Source: Octopus vulgaris
Lineage: Eukaryota
Assembly: GCA_951406725.2 (NCBI GenBank)
Contig: OX597835.1
Span: 38,564,001 to 38,628,000, forward strand
Direction of reading: 5' to 3'
Length of the DNA stretch: 64,000 bases
The position numbers were made by a program, and so were the translations under genes. The notes beneath the pieces were generated by a model. It was not told the origin of the DNA. It worked only from the letters and a program-made list of their open reading frames with translations, and did not search any database. This document shows positions 13,326 to 26,684 of the stretch, in pieces (position 1 is the stretch's first letter; every line of letters starts with the position of its first letter).

Positions 13326-13382
13326 TGTATAGTAAAAGAAACACAAAAACAAACAAGAGAAGAATAATTCTTTCTATTAAAC

Positions 13383-13662
13383 GCACGAGGCCTGTAATTT
13401 GGTAGGAGGGCTAATCGATTATATCGACTCAGGTGATCAACTGGCACTTATTTGATTGACCCCCGAAAGAATGAATTTAAACTCACATCGTAAAGAAGGA
13501 CGAAATACCTATTTCTTTATTACCCACAAGGGGCTAAACATAGAGAGGACAAACAAGGATAGACACAGGTATTAAGTCGATTACATCGACTCCAGTGCGT
13601 AACTGGTACTTAATTTATCGACCTCGGCGGAATTTGAACTCAGAACGTAGCGGCAGACGAAT
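13383..13662 (-). mobile_element. Dimeric SINE B with alternative terminal tail (internally deleted)
   Basis: Same two-tail organisation as 52560-52945. Confidence 0.8.
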
Positions 13663-14579
13663 AAATAAAAATAAGAAATAGAAATTTGAAATAAAATAAA
13701 AAGAAAAAATTTGAAAACAGTTTCCGTTTCATCTCCACATTCTTGAGTATTTTTTTCACCCCTCAGCTGTAATTATTATAATTTCAACACCCGCTATCAG
13801 ATCTGATCACTTACCTCACAAGACACCGCCAAAATACCCAGAAGTAATTTTAAGTTTTACTCACTTAACTTTTTCTCAGCACCGTTCTCTTCCAGCCTGG
13901 CTGAAGTTTCTTTGTTCTTGCTTACTTCGCACGGCATTTTATCATCCTATTTATAATTTAATTCTTAGATCTTTAATACTTTCTGTTATTATCTCTCTTT
14001 CTCTTTACAGCTGTCACTCAACTCAGACACTATGCTTTATTAGTTGGCTTCCATCAAGACAGAATATAGTTGATATATATATATATATACTGATTTACAC
14101 TGTTTTTTTCTCTTCTTCTTTTTGCTTCTTCGTTTACTATTTATTACTTTCTCTATTCCGTACCAGACAGTCATTATATCCTACTACAAATACTAGAATA
14201 AATTTCAAATTAAAGAAGACCTATACCTCCTCGTATTCGCAGTCCAGTACATCGTTTTTGTGTCAAGCGTTTTAGCGGTACCATTCCAAATGTCTTTATT
14301 CCCCTTCTTGGCCCATCAAGTCGTCTCTAATTCACTTAGCTTCCATTTCACAATGACATAACTCTTACTTATTACTAGAACAGCTAAAGTATTGATACCT
14401 ATTATCTTATGTTTGTCATTTAACTCTGTTTTAAGACTTAATCTAATGTCTCTCGATTAGAATTACTTCTTCAAATTTTTCCTTCATACTTTATCATTGT
14501 GTTTCTGTCAATTTCCTTAAGATACAAAGTATTTCCAAGATTGTCTTTGTGCCAAAAATCTTCTTTACTCATCTACTTC

Positions 14580-14728
14580 ATTTTGTTGTTGCTGTTGTTG
14601 TTGTTGTTGTTGTTGTTCTTCTTCTTCTTCTTCTTCTTCTTCTTCTTCTTCTTCTTCTTCTTCTTCTTTTTCTTCTTCTATTATTAATAACAGCAATAGT
14701 AATGTTTATCGCCATAACGATGATGACA

Positions 14729-14780
<52 letters not shown>
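14580..14780. repeat. (GTT)n(CTT)n(ATT)n trinucleotide repeats
   Basis: Directly visible. Confidence 0.95.
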
Positions 14781-14787
<7 letters not shown>

Positions 14788-15065
14788 TGACAGTAAGAGA
14801 AAATTACATAAAGTATTTACATATATAATTCTTAATATGTGCTCGGATTCCACAAAGATTATGTACACACGCACACAAATACACACACATACGGGCATAC
14901 ATACATAAATACATATGTATATATATATATATACAGTTAATCCAAACAAGAAAACACAAAAAAACACAGCAACGCGAGGACGTGGAACAAATAAAGTATT
15001 ATTGGCCGCTCAGGAAAGAAGGGAAGGAGGAAGGAAGGTATGTATATATATATACATATACATAC

Positions 15066-15144
<79 letters not shown>

Positions 15145-15995
15145 TAACAGACTATAATATATAATACTTTAAACTGTGTTTGCGTACATACAAGGTTAAC
15201 GAAAATGCTAGCGAGTTTTAAATACTGTATTTCCTCCAATGAAAAGCCATCTTACACGTATTATGATCTCATTTATAATAAAAAAAAAATAAACATACTA
15301 CTTTTTAGTGTGTGTGAGTTTTTTTAAACTTTAGAGAATAATACGGATTTGGAAGAAAAAAATGTCGGTCGAGTGTTTCAATGAAATATAGCAGTAATGG
15401 CTGCTCGGTTCCTATAGCAACGCATCCTTATCAGAAAGAAAAAAAAAGCCAATCTCTTCATAATCCTTTCCGTTTAAGTGCTATTCTACCTTTTCTAGTT
15501 ATTTAGCATTTGGAAAAAAAAATATGAGGCGTAAAAAATATTTCTTTGTAAAAGTCACTTAACCAAACGACCTTCGCTTCAAGATGGTAGTATTGTGGTT
15601 GTCAATTCTTCATTAGAAGCATTACAAAATGCACAAGAGACATGCAACGACCTACAACGCTTACAACAAAAACTTTTTTTGATTCTAACATTTTGCGTCA
15701 GAATACAGAATACAGCACGACCTTTTCTATCCCCTCCTCCCAACCTATGATTTAATGTTAGTTATTGCAAAAAAAAACCGCTTATTTAGATGTATGTTTG
15801 AATTACGACCAAGTGGTTCCGAGTTCGATATCGCTTTGTTGTAACATGCAGTAATTTTCGTCTTTTAGTCAATGCATCGTATTGAACAAAAAATTGTGAC
15901 CGGAAATTCACAGACAGAATCTACGATAAAAATTATTCGTAAATATATACGGCTACATATATGTATGTGTATCTGTATATATATGAATATAATAG

Positions 15996-16164
15996 GTGAC
16001 AATTATTCGGTAGCCAAGATAAAATTCTGCGCTTCGGATGCCGAGGTGGAAATCCACACCACCATCTCTTCAGTTATCCGGCCGAATAACAGAAATGGTG
16101 GTGTGGATTTCCACCTCGGCATCCGAAACTCAGAGTTTTGTCTTGGCTACTAAATAATTGTCAC
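15996..16164. repeat. ~80-bp-arm fold-back (inverted repeat) upstream of the Penelope-like fragment
   Basis: GTGACAATTATT...GGATGCCGAGGTGGAAATCCACACCACCAT versus ATGGTGGTGTGGATTTCCACCTCGGCATCC...AATAATTGTCAC; about 7 mismatches over the outer ~70 bp. Confidence 0.9.
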
Positions 16165-16231
16165 ATATATTTACATAATATTGAGTTCTCTTTCTTTCTT
16201 TTGTTATCTTACCGTTTTTACCAATATATTT

Positions 16232-16960
16232 ACACACACACCTCTCCAACACCACCCTCCTCACTAGCAGCCATCATCGACCCTATCCCATCATCCACTC
16301 CTTCACCTGCACCTCCAGCAATATTATCTATTGCGTCTCTTGCTCTCTCTGCCATTCCTTGTACATCGGACAAACGGGACGCCGCTTGGCTGACCGGTTC
16401 GCGGAACACATTCGTGACATCCACCTTGCGAACGACACACCGGTCTCACGCCATTTCCGCTCCACCGGTCACTCCTTGCAACACCTATCTGTGTTCGGTT
16501 TGTCCTTACACAGAGGCCATCCGGATTCCCGTTTGCGCCGTGAACAGGAATTAATCTTCTCTCTTCGCTCTTATACGCCATTTGGTCTCAACTCTCCCCC
16601 TCCTCATCTAACCCCCTCTCCCCCCTCCTCACCTACCTCCCCCCCGAACCCTACTTCTTCAGTCCTTCATCCTTTCACCCCTACACCCCTTCCCTTCTTC
16701 CCTCTTCCCCTTCCCTCTGCTCCCTCACTCCCCTTCTCTCTCCCCCTCTCCCTCTTTCCTCCTTCCTCCTCCCCTCCTCCTCCCCTCCCTTCTCCCCTCC
16801 CCCTCCCCTCCTCCCCTCCCCTCCTCCCCCTCTATGTATTTATGCAGCTGAGGATTGCTCTGCATTTAAATTGATGTAATGGTCGCATTGTTCAATTAAA
16901 TGGAGTCGCTTGAAACGATCGTACTGCATTACCTCTAGATATCCTGTTGCTTATTTTGAT
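16232..16960 (+). mobile_element. Penelope-like retroelement 3' fragment (GIY-YIG endonuclease, Neptune-like)
   Basis: Open frame HSFTCTSSNIIYCVSCSLCHSLYIGQTGRRLADRFAEH...HF...RLRREQELIFSLRSYTPFGLN, followed by a polypyrimidine tract and a hammerhead motif. Confidence 0.9.
16842..16929 (+). ncRNA. Type I hammerhead ribozyme
   Basis: Stem I ATGCAG/CTGCAT; core CTGAGGA; long stem II; GAAA; palindromic stem III ACGATCGT; GUA cleavage triplet at 16921-16923. Confidence 0.8.
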
Positions 16961-16966
16961 ATATGA

Positions 16967-17022
<56 letters not shown>

Positions 17023-17276
17023 TCATAATGATAATAATCTTTGGATGGAATTTATAAAGATTTACTGCACCGCTACGCGCGTTGGAAACGAGTGTTACGA
17101 TGCGTTAAATGCTTATAATTTCCCTCCAAATATTGTTATTATAACTATATTTATCCGACATTATATCGGTACAGCTCGATACGAACCCCATAACTGGTTC
17201 ACCAGTCAGCATCATTAGACTGTGACCGCCAGAATAGAATAAGAGTTTTATTTGCATATTTAAAACGTTTCCCGTA

Positions 17277-17330
<54 letters not shown>

Positions 17331-17915
17331 TGTGTATAGTGTATAGGTATATATTATGACTGTGGGTTTGTGAGGGTGGGGGTGTGGAAGTCAACTCGTG
17401 ACTGGGTAAAAAGCCACTTTCTATACTCAGTAAATCCGTACAAATGTTCCGTGAGTCCAAAAGGTTCCTCTGTGTGAATTTACATTGAATGGATATAGTG
17501 CTGACCGCATATTTTAATAGATCCAGGCAGCTATCGCTCAAGAACGCTAATATAATCGAAGTTATGGCTAACCGCTTCGAATGGTAGGGAATAACTTGGA
17601 ATTATTTAAGGTAAACAATTACAGTTTATTTCATCTTGTGGGTAAATTATCGCTTCGCATCGTTGGATCATAAACAGGTTACTAAGTGTATATCCAAGAC
17701 AATAAAATAAAGACAGAAAAATATTACACAGTTTTTATTACTATAGTCAGTTATTCAGCATATTTAATTTAAAGCTCTGACCAACATGTTTTCAATGCAT
17801 GGATATTTCGCAATGTGGGTTTCATTTGCATCCAGATTTCTTATAGATTAAATGCATGCAGCTTTATTTAAGGTGTTGCCGCGTTTTCAGTTTGAAGAGA
17901 ATTGAGGCATTATGG

Positions 17916-18249
17916 TTTAAGATGGTCTGACATTTTAGCAGGATGGATTAGAGTTAAGTGCGAACAATAAGATACTGTAGCAAGTAGCCATTTTAGCCAT
18001 TTTGAAATAAAGCGCGAATTGGCAATATGATGTAATGTCGTATTGCCGAAGAATTATTATTTTCGTTTTTTCCATTGGTTAATATAACTGCTCATAAGGA
18101 TTCTGTGGTAAGTAGCTTGCTAACGAACCACATGGTTCCGGGTTCAGTCCCACTGCGTGGCATCTTGGGCAAGTGTCTTCTGCTATAGTCCCGGGCCGAC
18201 CAATGCATTGTGAGTGGATTTGGTAGACGGAAACTGAAAGAAGCCTGTC

Positions 18250-18332
<83 letters not shown>

Positions 18333-18696
18333 TCCCCTTAGCATTGCTTGACAACCGATGCTGGTGTGTTTACGTCCCTGTCACTTATCGGTTCGGCAAA
18401 AGACACCGATAGAATAAGTACTGGGCTTACAAAAGAATATGTCCCGGGGTCGATTTGCTCGACTAAAGGCGGTGCTCCAGCATGGCCGCAGTCAAATGAC
18501 TGAAACAAGTAAAAGAGTAAAGAGTAATGGATTTCGATTCAAGTTGAGCAGTTATAAAAACCCTGGATTTGGGGAAAAACTTTAGTGTTTGTTGGATGTA
18601 ACTGAACTCCACGACACTCACTCCTTTCAGACATTTTTTAAGATGGTCTGACATTTTAGCAGGATGGATTAGAGTTAAGTGCAAACAATAAGATAC
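17916..18696. repeat. 60-bp direct repeat pair (17916-17975 and 18637-18696)
   Basis: 59/60 identical; the pair brackets a SINE A. Confidence 0.9.
18103..18525 (+). mobile_element. SINE A
   Basis: Family A consensus. Confidence 0.92.
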
Positions 18697-18954
18697 GAAA
18701 TACTGGAAGATAGACTGCTATTGGTCACAGCAGGTCACATGGTGCTGTTAGAATTGAAATTGGCATACCAGCGACACCAGTGGCCGTTTTGAACTTCCTG
18801 CTGTATTTTTTCATTCGGTAAGCTGGGCCTGAAAAGGTCAGGTTTCTGGTAGATACCTGTGATATTTTATGTCGCATGGAGCCGAATCAAAACTGTCTTA
18901 AGCAATAGTGTATGTAACACCTACAAATGTGCTGAGTGCCCTTTTCTTGATATA

Positions 18955-19175
18955 TATGTGTTTGTGTTTGTGTGGGGGTGGGTGTATGTATGTAGTCGCG
19001 TGTCTGTGTTTGTCCACTCCAGCATCGCTTGACAACCAATGTGTGTGTGCTTACGTCCCCGTAACTTAGCGGTTCGGGAAATAAGACCGATAGAATAAGT
19101 CTCGGTGTCAATTTGTTCGACTAAAGGCGGTGCTCCAGCATAGCCGCAGTCAAATGACTGAGACAAGTAAAAGAA
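18955..19175 (+). mobile_element. SINE A, 3' half
   Basis: Family A 3' module and tail. Confidence 0.85.
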
Positions 19176-19229
19176 AAGCAGAAATATAGATAGATAGATA
19201 AGAATATATATAAATATATGTATATGTAG

Positions 19230-19288
<59 letters not shown>

Positions 19289-19342
19289 CTATATATATAT
19301 ATACATATACATATATATATATATATATACATATATATATAC

Positions 19343-19398
<56 letters not shown>

Positions 19399-19839
19399 AT
19401 GTATGTATATTTCCATACGTATACACATACCTACATTCAGGCATGCAGTTTTTAAAACATCTTTTATTTCTTAGTCAACAGAATATGGAACGTATGAGGT
19501 GTGTGGAAACCAATAAAACCTCAACGCCTCTCTTCGCCATATTCTAGTGAGTGAAATAACGGCACCTAGCCTCCTGTGGATATCATAATAAAGGAAGGAA
19601 ATGGCTAATAGGTAACAGATGTAGAAGATAGTATACTGGCGTTATAATAATAAGAACATCCTTGCGCCGACCAATAAATTTCTGTAAGTTCGTTAAGAGC
19701 GAAATGTTAAGACAAATACTTTCAAAAGACTCTGTGTGTCTGTTTGTCAACCTATCTATTTGTCTATCTATCAGTCGATCTCTCTCTTTCCCTCATGTTC
19801 ATTCTCTCTCTCGCTCTCTCACACACACACACACACACA

Positions 19840-19873
<34 letters not shown>

Positions 19874-20027
19874 TCCTCTACATGTTGCTCTTTCTCTCTC
19901 TAAGCGCTTCTTGTGTTTTTGTGGTCAACCATTGTCGACCACAACATACCAAGCTAAGAACTTGTTATACCACCATCAACAGCAACAGCAGCGCTGCTAC
20001 TGCAGCTGCTACAAAAATAATAACAAG

Positions 20028-20084
<57 letters not shown>

Positions 20085-20109
20085 AATAATAATAATAATA
20101 ATAATAATC

Positions 20110-21380
20110 ATTGAACCATTTTGTTTATGGATGACCTGAAATTGTTTGGGAAATCTGAAGAACAGATAGATTCCTTAACCAAAACAGTCCAAAAGTCTGG
20201 TAGGGACATCGGTATGGAATTTGGGGTTACCAAACACTCAGTACTTAATATGAAGAGAGGGAAGAAAGCATCCTGCAGAGGATTGCAGTTACCATCAGGA
20301 GAGATCATGGGTGAACCGGACGGTAGTGGGTATAGATATTTAGAGATTTTGGAGCTGGATGACATTCTACACAGAGAAATCAAAGTCAAGGTCAGCAGGG
20401 CATATCAAATAAGGGTGAAGATGGTTGAAATCCAACCTGAATGTCAAAAATTCGATTACCGCAATGAATATCTGGACAGTTGCAGTGGTCAGATATAGTA
20501 CGTCCATCCTCAAATGGACTAAGGAGGAAATATCAACACTGGATACAAGGACGAGAAAGTTTATGACGCTGCATGGAGAGCTACACTCTAAAGCGAACGT
20601 AAACAGACTGTATATGAAAACAAAGATTGGTGGCAGAGGACTAATTAGTAGAGACCATTGTATAGGAAGTGAAAAGAGAACACTTGCCAAGTATTTGATA
20701 AATAGTGATGAAGACCTGCTGCAATAGGCCGCGAAAGATATGGGTGTAAATGCAGATGAAATCATGGACAAGGAAGAGTTTAACCAAAGAGCTGAGGAGA
20801 AGAGAAAAGAAAACCTTCTTGGAATGAGAATGCATGAACAGTTTGAGAGGAATACACAGGAAGTTAAGGATAGTACAGCATTGTTGGCATGGCTTGGGCG
20901 AGGTGATTTGAATCATACCACCGAAAGCCTGATCATTGCTGCGCAAGGCCAGGCTATCGCTACCAATTCAGTGAAGTATAACATCTATAAAACTTCTGAC
21001 ACCCAGAAATGCAGACTCTGTGGAAAGAGTGTGGAAAATGTGACCCACTTGGTAAGTGGATGTGAGAGCCTTGCACAAAAAGAATACGCCGCCACGATAA
21101 AGTGTGTATGTACCTTCAGTGGCTATTATGCCGTAAATACCAATATGAAGTAACAGAACTGGTGTGAGCATGTACCAAGTAAAGTTATGCATGAGGATGG
21201 AAAAGTAAAGTTACTCTGGAACTATGATTTTTAGACGAATCGTGTAATCGAACACCGTCGGCCGGATATTGTAATATTGAATAAGAGAGCCGTACCAAAT
21301 GACAAGACTGTTGTGAGTAAAGAGGTTGAAAAAAATCACCAAGTACTCCGAATTGAAAGTAGAAATGGCAAGACTGTATG
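20110..21380 (+). mobile_element. R4/Dong-clade non-LTR retrotransposon remnant (RT C-terminal part, CCHC knuckle, restriction-like endonuclease)
   Basis: FMDDLKLF, DIGMEFG, GGRGL, CRLCGKSVENVTHLVSGC, RHDKV and HRRPDIVI motifs across frameshifts and stops. The 5' junction abuts (AAC)n(AAT)n. Confidence 0.9.
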
Positions 21381-21477
21381 GAATCGAGGAATTTGGGATT
21401 CAGAACATAAAGAGGACTACATGCCGCTAAGCATTTTAACCGTCGTTATAACGATTCTGCCAGTTCGCCAAATTACA

Positions 21478-21660
<183 letters not shown>

Positions 21661-21664
21661 TTTT

Positions 21665-21815
21665 CTACAAAAGATACAAGGCCTGAAATTTTGTGAGAAG
21701 GAGAGTAGTCGATTACCTCAACCCTAGTATTTCACTGGTACTTATTTAACCGACCCCGAAAGGATGTAAGACAATGTGAAGACGGACGAAATGCCGCTAA
21801 GCATTGCACCCCGCC
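21665..21815 (-). mobile_element. SINE B variant with alternative tail
   Basis: ACAAGGCCTGAAATTTT...AGTCGATTA...CTGGTACTTATTTAACCGACCCCGAAAGGATG. Confidence 0.75.
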
Positions 21816-21889
21816 TCCAAACGAATATCTCATCAATCCACCGTACATAAAAATAAAAATAAAAATAGTAGTAGTAGTAGTAGTAGTAG

Positions 21890-21945
<56 letters not shown>

Positions 21946-23019
21946 ATAAAAATTAAACGAAAATAATAGTAAACACAACAGGTTCACACCATTACCGTTA
22001 CCTGACTCTAGCACCAAATTCCCCCTTAACTACGCAGCTGCAGCCCATTACTTCTATACAAACCGCACATTACATGCCATACACAGTAATTGTCCAACAC
22101 TGAAATACATACCGCAATCAGACACACACACACACGCACCACCACCACCACCACCACCACCATACAAGCGCACACACAGGTATGTTTATTTGTTTTATAT
22201 AGCTACTGTGAACAATAGCATAGATGTTTACAGCATAATCGGTGTTTCAAAGCATCTCTTGACTGCAAGAGGAAGTGCTGGTAACCCGATGTTCAACCAA
22301 GTAATTCAATTCACGACAAGAAAAAATACATTAAAAATGTATCAGGAAAAAATTCCGTTAAAACGAAGCAAAATTGATATGGTTAAACTGTCACAGATCT
22401 ACATTCATGCCCCTCCCTACCAATGTAAATACGATAATGCACGGTCCTTAGAAGCATGGAGGTGATGCACTTCGTAAAGCGGAAGAAACAGGCGTGGAAC
22501 TATCAAATAATAATGATGAATACCCGGCGCTGGCTTTCATGGCTTCTAATCTCAACTGATTGCAAGTGTTATCATATTTTGTCTTGGTATAAAAGATGGG
22601 CTGCAGCAAATATTCTGCTCAATACCACAGATTGGCCACGACGATATATGGTAGCGGTAGTTCACTAATTAACTGCATGATCCTGACCCGCGACAGCTTG
22701 CTGACTTTCATCCGTTCAGCATATAGCGATAGTAGACATTGATTGAATAAGTTCATTTGCCGAAATAGTTTAAATCCACTATGCTGCAGCCCTTGATTTC
22801 ATTGAAATTCTGGTTCGAGAAATTTCATGAGAGGGATTTAAAACATAGGTGGCACAGCTTGACAAGTGCTACTACTCCGGGTCAGAATTAGAACGAAAGT
22901 AACTAAGAAGTGATTTCCTGCTGCTCAAAACTCAGAAACTAGTGAACCAAGGTCCCATTACCGGGCGTCGTTTAAAGACGTACATAGGAACGTACCTATA
23001 TGGGACGTACCTATATATA

Positions 23020-23248
23020 TTTCTTTATTGCCCACAAGGGGCTAAACATAGAGGGGACAAACAAAGACAGACAAAGGGATTAAGTCGATTACATCGACCC
23101 CAGTGCGTAACTGGTACTTTATTTATCGACCCCGAAACGATGAAGGCAAAGTCGACCTCGGCGGAATTTGAACTCAGAACGTAACGGCGGACGAAATACG
23201 GCTGCGCATTTCGCCCGGCGTACTAACGATTCTGCCAGCTCGCCACCT
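23020..23248 (-). mobile_element. SINE B, full length
   Basis: Family B consensus. Confidence 0.92.
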
Positions 23249-23309
23249 TTAGGACATATATCTATATAGTTGCACAGAGACAATGACAGTAGGCCAAAGG
23301 TCAACATCC

Positions 23310-24185
23310 AGCTAATATCTGTGGACTGATACTCATATTCCTGAAGTTCAAATACTGTAAAACTAACTACTGAGTGCCATGCACTGTCCCTTCGCTTGAT
23401 TACCGGTCTTTATGACATGGCAAACACTTCCATATAGCTTGCCACAGTCAATGAAGTGCACATTGTGTTACACATCGGCCAGAGCTTCCCCCGTTTTTGT
23501 TTTGAAAAATGTTTAGCGGGAAGCCCCCATCGATATTTTAAAACACAGAGGTACCTCTCCTTCCTTCTCTCTCATTCTTCAATTAATACGTTAGGCAAAG
23601 AGACACTTGTTTTTGTGACGTTTCTTGTCCATATATTTATCATTTCCGTTAGCTGACTCAAGTTGTGACGATCTGATCATCTGCAATTTTTGTAAAGGAT
23701 TAAATCGTCTGACAGAGAAACATTCTCCTTTTTGACATTGCTTCTCCATATATTTACAATTTCCTAAAGCTGACTCACATCGTGCTGCTCTCTTCCATCC
23801 GCATATTCTTTAAAGGATTAATTCGTCGAGCAACGAAACACTCTCCCCTGTGACGCAAGTTGTCCATTTATTTACCGTTTTCTTGAGCTGACTAAAATCA
23901 GATTGCTCCTTTTCATCCGAAACTTTTGTAAAAGATGCAATGTTATTTTTAGCATTGTTATTCGTACTATTTCCCTTCTTCAAATTAATGTTTCCTTCAC
24001 TAATCTTCCATTGTTCAAATATAAGAGAATAAACTTGAAACTTTATCTTCGTTTATGATTTTTCCATTGCATTTGTTCTGTTGTTCTTCTTCTGTTTCAA
24101 AATAGTTTTGGTGTTTGTTTGCATGCAGTAGTGAAGCCTACATCTACAGTGGCGAACATTTCTTCCTGCCACATCTGAAGCCATT
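23310..24185 (-). pseudogene. Decayed Deltex-like RING-H2/DTC E3 ligase sequence
   Basis: Frame-shifted minus-strand pieces occur in the expected order: PLCFKISMGASR*, GKL/GRC/HNVHFIDC, KCLPCHK, KTGNQAKG..M, ELQEYEYQSTDI. This parallels the Deltex pattern CxxCxxxLxxASGY...GRLGRCGHxxHxxC...CPxC...KTGxQPxGxM...LPGYE. Confidence 0.5.
23598..23940. repeat. Three diverged tandem units of 117-118 bp
   Basis: AGCTGACT anchor at 23651, 23768 and 23886, with shared TCCAT.TATTTA and TAAAGGATTAA blocks. Confidence 0.85.
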
Positions 24186-24359
24186 TTGACCCACGAATAT
24201 GTAATACAAATACAAATGGATATTTGCCAAAATTTATATATGCAAGAACTACACGTTTTTATTTATTTTCTAAAGTAAATTACATTTTCGGGGAATTCTG
24301 ACACAGACATCCGTTCGCTTCAAAGAACACAACAACAAACATAAAAGCAACATAAAACA

Positions 24360-24855
24360 ACAAAGCTAACAACAACAACAAAAGTAACAACAGCAGTAGT
24401 AACAGCACCAACAAGAAAAAGTACGATGATATTGATGATGAATTTGATGACGGTGATGCTGGTAAGAAGGAGAAGGAGAAGGAGAAGAAGAAGAAGAAGA
24501 AGAAGAAGAAGAAGAAGAAGAAGAAGAAGAAGAAGAAGAAGAAGAAGAAGAAGAGTGAAAATGATATCCGTAGTAGTAGTTGTAGTAACAAAAATAATAA
24601 CAACAACAATAATGATGATAAGAATAATAATGTGTCGGACATAGGCATTCGGCAGCAGAGACGGGAAGGAGCTTAATACAGAAGGAAGCAAATGCAAAGT
24701 AACAACAGTGTGTCGAGAAAAATATTTGGAAGGAAGTAAATGGAAACTGATTAGTGTAATAAGAGAAGATGGAAGAAAGGAAGAGATAAAGACAAACGTC
24801 TTCTTTGTAACTCTCCTTTCCTCTTACTCTTATATGCATACATACATACACACAC

Positions 24856-24902
<47 letters not shown>

Positions 24903-24927
24903 GATAGATAGATAGATAGATAGATAG

Positions 24928-24966
<39 letters not shown>

Positions 24967-25023
24967 TACATTTATGCATATAGGTATACACGTACATGCA
25001 TATATACATGCAAATATATATGC

Positions 25024-25081
<58 letters not shown>

Positions 25082-25141
25082 ATGTATCTATATATTTACA
25101 TGTCTGTAACTAAATGTGTATATATATATATGTATATGTAA

Positions 25142-25181
<40 letters not shown>

Positions 25182-25197
25182 ATATATATTTACATAT

Positions 25198-25262
<65 letters not shown>

Positions 25263-25346
25263 AACATATATATATATATATGTATGTATATATATATACA
25301 TGTATATATATATTCACATATATACATATATATATACACATATATA

Positions 25347-25382
<36 letters not shown>

Positions 25383-25383
25383 A

Positions 25384-25418
<35 letters not shown>

Positions 25419-25433
25419 AATCTATATATAAAC

Positions 25434-25470
<37 letters not shown>
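24360..25470. repeat. Compound microsatellites (AAC, AAG, CATA, GATA, TA, TG)
   Basis: Directly visible. Confidence 0.95.
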
Positions 25471-25471
<1 letters not shown>

Positions 25472-25904
25472 CAGGAAACAAAGTATAAACTAGAAACTAA
25501 TTACACGGAAGAAAAGAAATTTAAATAACGGCAAGAAACAAGTGTAATAGATAAATAAATAAACAAACAAACAAACAAAAAAATAAATTAATATAAAGTA
25601 TATAATAAAAGTAAATAAAACTCAAGAAACCGAAAAAGAAAAACAAAAAACAGAACTTCAAATTCTACCAAAAGAAACACCATTCCATTGTAAGTAGATG
25701 CCTCATCCTATACAGAAGTGTTTTCAAATCAATGATAAAACTCAGACTGTTGTCAGTCTCTGCGTAAGTCACACAATACATTATATTATGCAATCGGTAC
25801 TGAATATCATTTTAACAGAACTGACACACCTTTGCTAATAGAAATGGCAGTTTCTCTCCATTCCTCTCCATCGCTTCATCTTTCATCTCTGCTTTGTTTG
25901 GTTA

Positions 25905-26125
25905 CTCTTTTGCTCTTTTACTTGTTTCGGTCATTTGACCGCGGCCATGCTGGAGCACCGCCTTTAGTCGAGCAAATCGGCCCCAGGACTTATTTTTTGT
26001 AAGCCTAGTACTTATTCTGTCGGTCTCTTGTGCCGAACTGCTAAGTTACGAGGACGTAAACACACCAGCATCGGTTGTCAAGCGATGTTGTGGGGGGAGA
26101 CAAACACAGACACACAAACACACAC

Positions 26126-26174
<49 letters not shown>

Positions 26175-26335
26175 TATACGACGGGATTCTTTCAGTTTCC
26201 GTCAACTAAATCCACTCACAAGGCTTTAGTCGGCCGAGGCTATAGTAGAAGACACTTGCCCAAGGTGCCACGCTGTGGGACTGAACCCGGAGCCATGTGG
26301 TTGGTAAACGAGCTACCACCCACACAGCCACTCCT
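25905..26335 (-). mobile_element. SINE A, full length
   Basis: Family A consensus. Confidence 0.92.
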
Positions 26336-26684
26336 GATTGTTAATTTCTCTCACTAGCTTTCTCTCATTCTGTCTCTCTCTCCCTCTTTCTATCTCTCAC
26401 TCTCACTTTCTTCCTATTTCTTTCACTGTCCGACTCTGTCTCCTCTCTTTCTCTCTTACTGTATCTCATTCTCTCTTTCTCTGCCTCCCATACAACCATT
26501 TCAGGCGATTCCATTCTACCATACTCTTCTATCTTTGTATTTCGTTGAAACTACGTGTCTGTTCATACATATGTTCGTGTCTCTTGACCATACAAGTTTG
26601 ATGGTTTTCCGATATTCCGATATGCCACCGGCACCTCATCCGTTCGCATGTGAGCGCCATCACCTTCACTGTCGTTGTTGCACT

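Noticed and set aside
16600-16874. Proline-rich C-terminal extension of the GIY-YIG ORF
   Set aside because: Read-through into a low-complexity C/T tract, unlikely to be a real protein domain.
23598-23940. 117-118-bp repeats as a CRISPR-like array or intact coding repeat
   Set aside because: Similarity extends across whole units, and stops and frameshifts rule out an intact CDS.
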